DNA of 28,980 nt from Aromatoleum sp. Lineage in GTDB: Bacteria; Pseudomonadota; Gammaproteobacteria; Burkholderiales; Casimicrobiaceae. Numbering within the stretch: position 1 is the stretch's first letter; the number at the start of each line of letters is the position of its first letter. The DNA is taken from NCBI GenBank assembly GCA_010365205.1, contig JAAFGU010000001.1:12672-41651 (forward strand). Reading direction: 5' to 3'. Below are positions 26,051 through 28,980 of the stretch, one piece after another. Both the position numbers and the translations under genes were made by a program. Under the pieces are notes generated by a model, which was not told where the DNA came from, searched no databases, and saw only the letters and a list, made by a program, of their open reading frames with translations.

Positions 26051-26797
26051 TTGTCCGTGAACGGTGATTTCGAAACCGACTGGCGCGACCGTTTCAAGGA
26101 ATTTGCCGAAGAGCGCGACGACGACGCCGGAATCGCCGGCTGGACGACGACCGGCCTCGAGGCCCGGACCCGACGATTTCTCGGACTGTGGCGGCTGAGC
26201 AAGCCCGACGACCGCTGGCTGGACGCCGGGTGCGGCGCGGGCACCTACAGCCGCCTGCTTCGGGATCGCGGAGCGGCGGTTATCGGCGCCGATTACTCGG
26301 AGATCGCGGTGCGGAAGGCCGCGCTACGCAGCGCAGCGGGGATCGACTACGTGGTCGCCGACGTGCGCCGTCTTCCGTTTCCGCCGGCCACGTTCGACGG
26401 CGCCATATGCTTCGGCGTCACGCAGGCGCTGTCGGCGAGCGCGCAGCCGATTGCCGAGCTTGCACGGCTCGTGAAGCCGGGTGGGGTGGTGTGGATCGAC
26501 GCGCTGAACGGGTGGTGCCTCGTGCACGTCGCCGGAGCGCTTGACCGCAAGCTCGCCGGGCGTCGGATGCACCTGCGGTACGATTCGCCTATGGCAATCC
26601 GGAAGCTGATGGCGGCGGCCGGTCTGCAGGGATGCCGTGTGCACTGGATGCCGATCGTTCCCACGAGGTGGCAGCGCCTGCAGCCGATGCTGGAGAGCCG
26701 GTTGGCGCAGTTCGCGATGCGCGTCGTGCCGCTGATCGGCCTGCTGTCCTGTCACGCGTTCATCGTCGAAGCCCGGAAGCCGGCAAGCCAGTCGTGA
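26051..26797 (+). CDS. Class I SAM-dependent methyltransferase
   Basis: WLDAGCGAG, IGADYS, ADVRRLPFPPATFDG. Start at TTG 26051 or GTG 26057. Confidence 0.88.
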   Translation: MSVNGDFETDWRDRFKEFAEERDDDAGIAGWTTTGLEARTRRFLGLWRLSKPDDRWLDAGCGAGTYSRLLRDRGAAVIGADYSEIAVRKAALRSAAGIDYVVADVRRLPFPPATFDGAICFGVTQALSASAQPIAELARLVKPGGVVWIDALNGWCLVHVAGALDRKLAGRRMHLRYDSPMAIRKLMAAAGLQGCRVHWMPIVPTRWQRLQPMLESRLAQFAMRVVPLIGLLSCHAFIVEARKPASQS

Positions 26798-27786
26798 TGA
26801 GAAATGTCGTTGACACCCTGCTGATGAGGTGCGCAGCCCTCGTCGCTGCGGCTGGAGTCCGCGGGCGGCTGTCTGTGCTCATCTATCACCGCATTCTGCC
26901 AGAGCCCGACGACGTGAATCGCTGGGACGTGACGGCGGCGGAGTTCGAGCGGCAGATGCGGGCGCTGCGCGAGTCCTTTTCGCCGCTCCCACTGTCGGAG
27001 GCGCTCGAGCGGCTTGCGAAGCGGAGCCTTCCGCGACGTGCGGTCGCGGTGACGTTCGACGATGGCTACGCGGACAATGCGGAAGTCGCACTCCCAATCC
27101 TCCGCCGCTGCGGTGTGCCGGCAACGTTTTTCGTCGCAACCGGCTACCTGAATGGCGGACGGATGTGGAACGACAGCGTTGTCGAGGCAATCAGGCGGTT
27201 ACCCGGCCCGACGGCTGACCTCCGGCCCGTCGGGCTCGGCGTCCTCGACATCGGTGACAGTGACCGCAGGCGCGACGCCATTGCCGGCATTCTCGGCCGC
27301 TGGAAGTACGAAGCGGCTACCGACCGCGAGGCACGCGCCACGGCGGTGGCGGTACTCGCGGGCCTGCTGCCGATGCGCGACCTGATGATGCGCGACGATC
27401 AAGTCAGGTGCCTGCGGGCTGCGGGCATGGAGATCGGCGCGCACACCGTCTCGCATCCGATCCTCGCGCGTTGCGCCGACGCGGACGCCGAACGCGAGAT
27501 CGTCGACAGCGGCCGCTACCTTGCGGAGCTGCTCCGCGAGCCAATCCCGCTGTTCGCCTACCCGAACGGCCGACCCGGGAAGGACTATGAGGCGCGGCAC
27601 GTGGCCATGGTGCGCAGAGCCGGATACCGTGCCGCGTTGTCCACCGCGCCGGGCGTGGCAGTAGCCGAGACCGACCGCTACCAGCTGCCCCGGTTCACCC
27701 CTTGGGATCGCGATCCTGGGAAATTCTCGTTTCGATTGGCCGTCAACTTCCGGAAAGCGATGCCGGAGACCGTGGCGATGATGTGA
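26794..27786 (+). CDS. Polysaccharide deacetylase (CE4/NodB homology)
   Basis: GTGA overlap (or ATG 26797); VLIYHRI, VTFDDGYADN, ATFFV, EIGAHTVSHP, FAYPNG. Confidence 0.9.
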   Translation: MMRNVVDTLLMRCAALVAAAGVRGRLSVLIYHRILPEPDDVNRWDVTAAEFERQMRALRESFSPLPLSEALERLAKRSLPRRAVAVTFDDGYADNAEVALPILRRCGVPATFFVATGYLNGGRMWNDSVVEAIRRLPGPTADLRPVGLGVLDIGDSDRRRDAIAGILGRWKYEAATDREARATAVAVLAGLLPMRDLMMRDDQVRCLRAAGMEIGAHTVSHPILARCADADAEREIVDSGRYLAELLREPIPLFAYPNGRPGKDYEARHVAMVRRAGYRAALSTAPGVAVAETDRYQLPRFTPWDRDPGKFSFRLAVNFRKAMPETVAMM

Positions 27787-27874
27787 TGAAGCGCGCGAAG
27801 ACACTCGGATTGCGGACGATATGCGACGCTGCGTGCCCTCGCCGTCGCGACGACCCCGGGGGCGCGTCGCCGCC

Positions 27875-27909
27875 GGCGTTCCACCGGAAGGCGTTCCACC
27901 GGAAGGCGT
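27875..27909. repeat. 15-bp tandem repeat (GGCGTTCCACCGGAA, two full copies plus 5 bp)
   Basis: Exact copies at 27875-27889 and 27890-27904, then GGCGT. Each unit contains TTCC-N3-GGAA. Confidence 0.85.
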
Positions 27910-27972
27910 GCGCAGGCGGCCGTCCGCCAAGGCTGGCCGACCGCATCGGGTCCTGCGGCCGGGAGGCTCCGA

Positions 27973-28827
27973 TTGCCCGCCGGTAGCTTCAAGGCGGTGA
28001 AGAAAGGCATCAAGCGGCGCCTCAAGATGCTGCGGCAAGCTTTCGCTCGGACCTTCCGTTCATTCACGCCCGACGACTTGCTGGAGCGATTGCGGCAGCT
28101 GGGTATCGTGCCGGGTGACGTCGTACTCGTCCACAGCTCTTACGACGCATTCGAGGGATTTTCGGGCAAGCCGACCGATGTAATCGCGATCCTTCAGCGA
28201 GCAGTCGGCGCGGAGGGAACGCTGCTGATGCCGACGATGGCGTTCACGGGGACTGCCGTCGAGTACGTCAGTCGCACGCCGGTGTTCGACGTGGCGCGCA
28301 CGCCCTCGCGGATGGGCCTGCTCAGCGAACTCTTTCGCCGCTCTCCGGGCGTCGTGCGCAGCGTGCACCCGACGCACCCGGTGGCGATCTGGGGGCGCGA
28401 CGCCGAAGGACTCGCCGCCGATCACCATCGGGCGGGCACGCCGTGCGGTGCGGGGACCCCGTTCGCCCGGCTGCTCGAGCGGCAAGGTAAAATTCTGTTC
28501 CTGGGTGCTGATATCGACAGCCTGACCTTCTACCACACGATCGAGGAAATGCTCGAAACGCGCCTGCCGGCCTCGCCGTTCACGCAACAGGTCTATCAGC
28601 TGAAGTCGAAGTTGCCGGACGGCACGTCGGTCGTCACGCAGACGCGTCTGTTCGAGCCCTCCGTTTCCCGCCGCCGCAACCTCGGCAAGCTGGCGCCGGA
28701 ACTGCGTCGGCAGGGCGCTTGGCACGAGGCGCGCGTGGGCCGGCTCAAACTGACTCTTCTGGGGACCAGCGATGTGCTGGCGGCGGTCGCCGCGATGGCC
28801 GATCGAGGGGCGTACTGCTATGACTGA
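27973..28827 (+). CDS. AAC(3)-family (aminoglycoside 3-N-acetyltransferase/YokD-like) acetyltransferase
   Basis: GDVVLVHSS, GTLLMPT, PSRMGLLSELFR, RSVHPTHPVAIWG, ILFLG...TFYHTIEE. TTG start is uncertain. Confidence 0.85.
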   Translation: MPAGSFKAVKKGIKRRLKMLRQAFARTFRSFTPDDLLERLRQLGIVPGDVVLVHSSYDAFEGFSGKPTDVIAILQRAVGAEGTLLMPTMAFTGTAVEYVSRTPVFDVARTPSRMGLLSELFRRSPGVVRSVHPTHPVAIWGRDAEGLAADHHRAGTPCGAGTPFARLLERQGKILFLGADIDSLTFYHTIEEMLETRLPASPFTQQVYQLKSKLPDGTSVVTQTRLFEPSVSRRRNLGKLAPELRRQGAWHEARVGRLKLTLLGTSDVLAAVAAMADRGAYCYD

Positions 28828-28980
28828 GCACGCGGTGGACTTGGCAGCGGCCTTGGTGTCTCCCGGCGGCACGTCGGAAGGCAGCCCCTCGCGGGACGCG
28901 GTCGCTGCCCTGTTCGGGCAGGGCAGGCTCGACGAAGCGGCCGATGCGGCGCGGGCGCTCTGTGCCGCGCAGCCGGCGCC
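28820..28980 (+). CDS. 5' fragment of a possible TPR-containing protein (truncated by the window end)
   Basis: ATG overlaps the end of the acetyltransferase; MTEHAVDLAAALVSPGGTSEGSPSRDAVAALFGQGRLDEAADAARALCAAQPA, with a TPR-like GRLDEA segment. Confidence 0.5.
   Translation, partial: MTEHAVDLAAALVSPGGTSEGSPSRDAVAALFGQGRLDEAADAARALCAAQPA

Noticed and set aside
27789-27986. Small ORF MKRAKTLG...AFHRKAFHRK in the gap before the acetyltransferase
   Set aside because: No recognisable features, and the repeated peptide simply reflects the 15-bp DNA duplication; coding status cannot be supported.

Overview
A GC-rich bacterial (probably betaproteobacterial) exopolysaccharide/surface-glycan locus of the PEP-CTERM/exosortase-A-associated type. 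It encodes an AsnB-like amidotransferase, several GT4 glycosyltransferases, an AlgD-like nucleotide-sugar dehydrogenase, a transglutaminase-like membrane protein, a second AsnB-like protein, a WbsX/GH99-like protein, a Wzx flippase, a pyruvyl transferase, a heparinase II/III-like protein, an O-antigen-ligase-like protein, a SAM methyltransferase, a polysaccharide deacetylase and an AAC(3)-family acetyltransferase. The main result is a duplicated minus-strand three-gene module A-B-C, only partly visible in the ORF track. A is a 115-aa twin-arginine protein with an Ig/cadherin-like tail, and B and C are signal-less beta-propeller-like proteins that both start with [MI]K-x-TS-x-P. Copy 2 (22072-20604) keeps full-length B but only a 7-codon stub of C. 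Copy 1 (13620-11936) keeps full-length C but shrinks B to a 56-aa protein made of only its two ends. In both copies C begins with ATC immediately after B's in-frame TAA. The two copies bracket a block holding wzx, a pyruvyl transferase and three paralogous QueC-like PP-loop/4-Cys proteins of unknown function. No rRNA, tRNA, CRISPR array, integrase or transposase was recognised. Family calls come from motif recognition by eye; no database searches were run.
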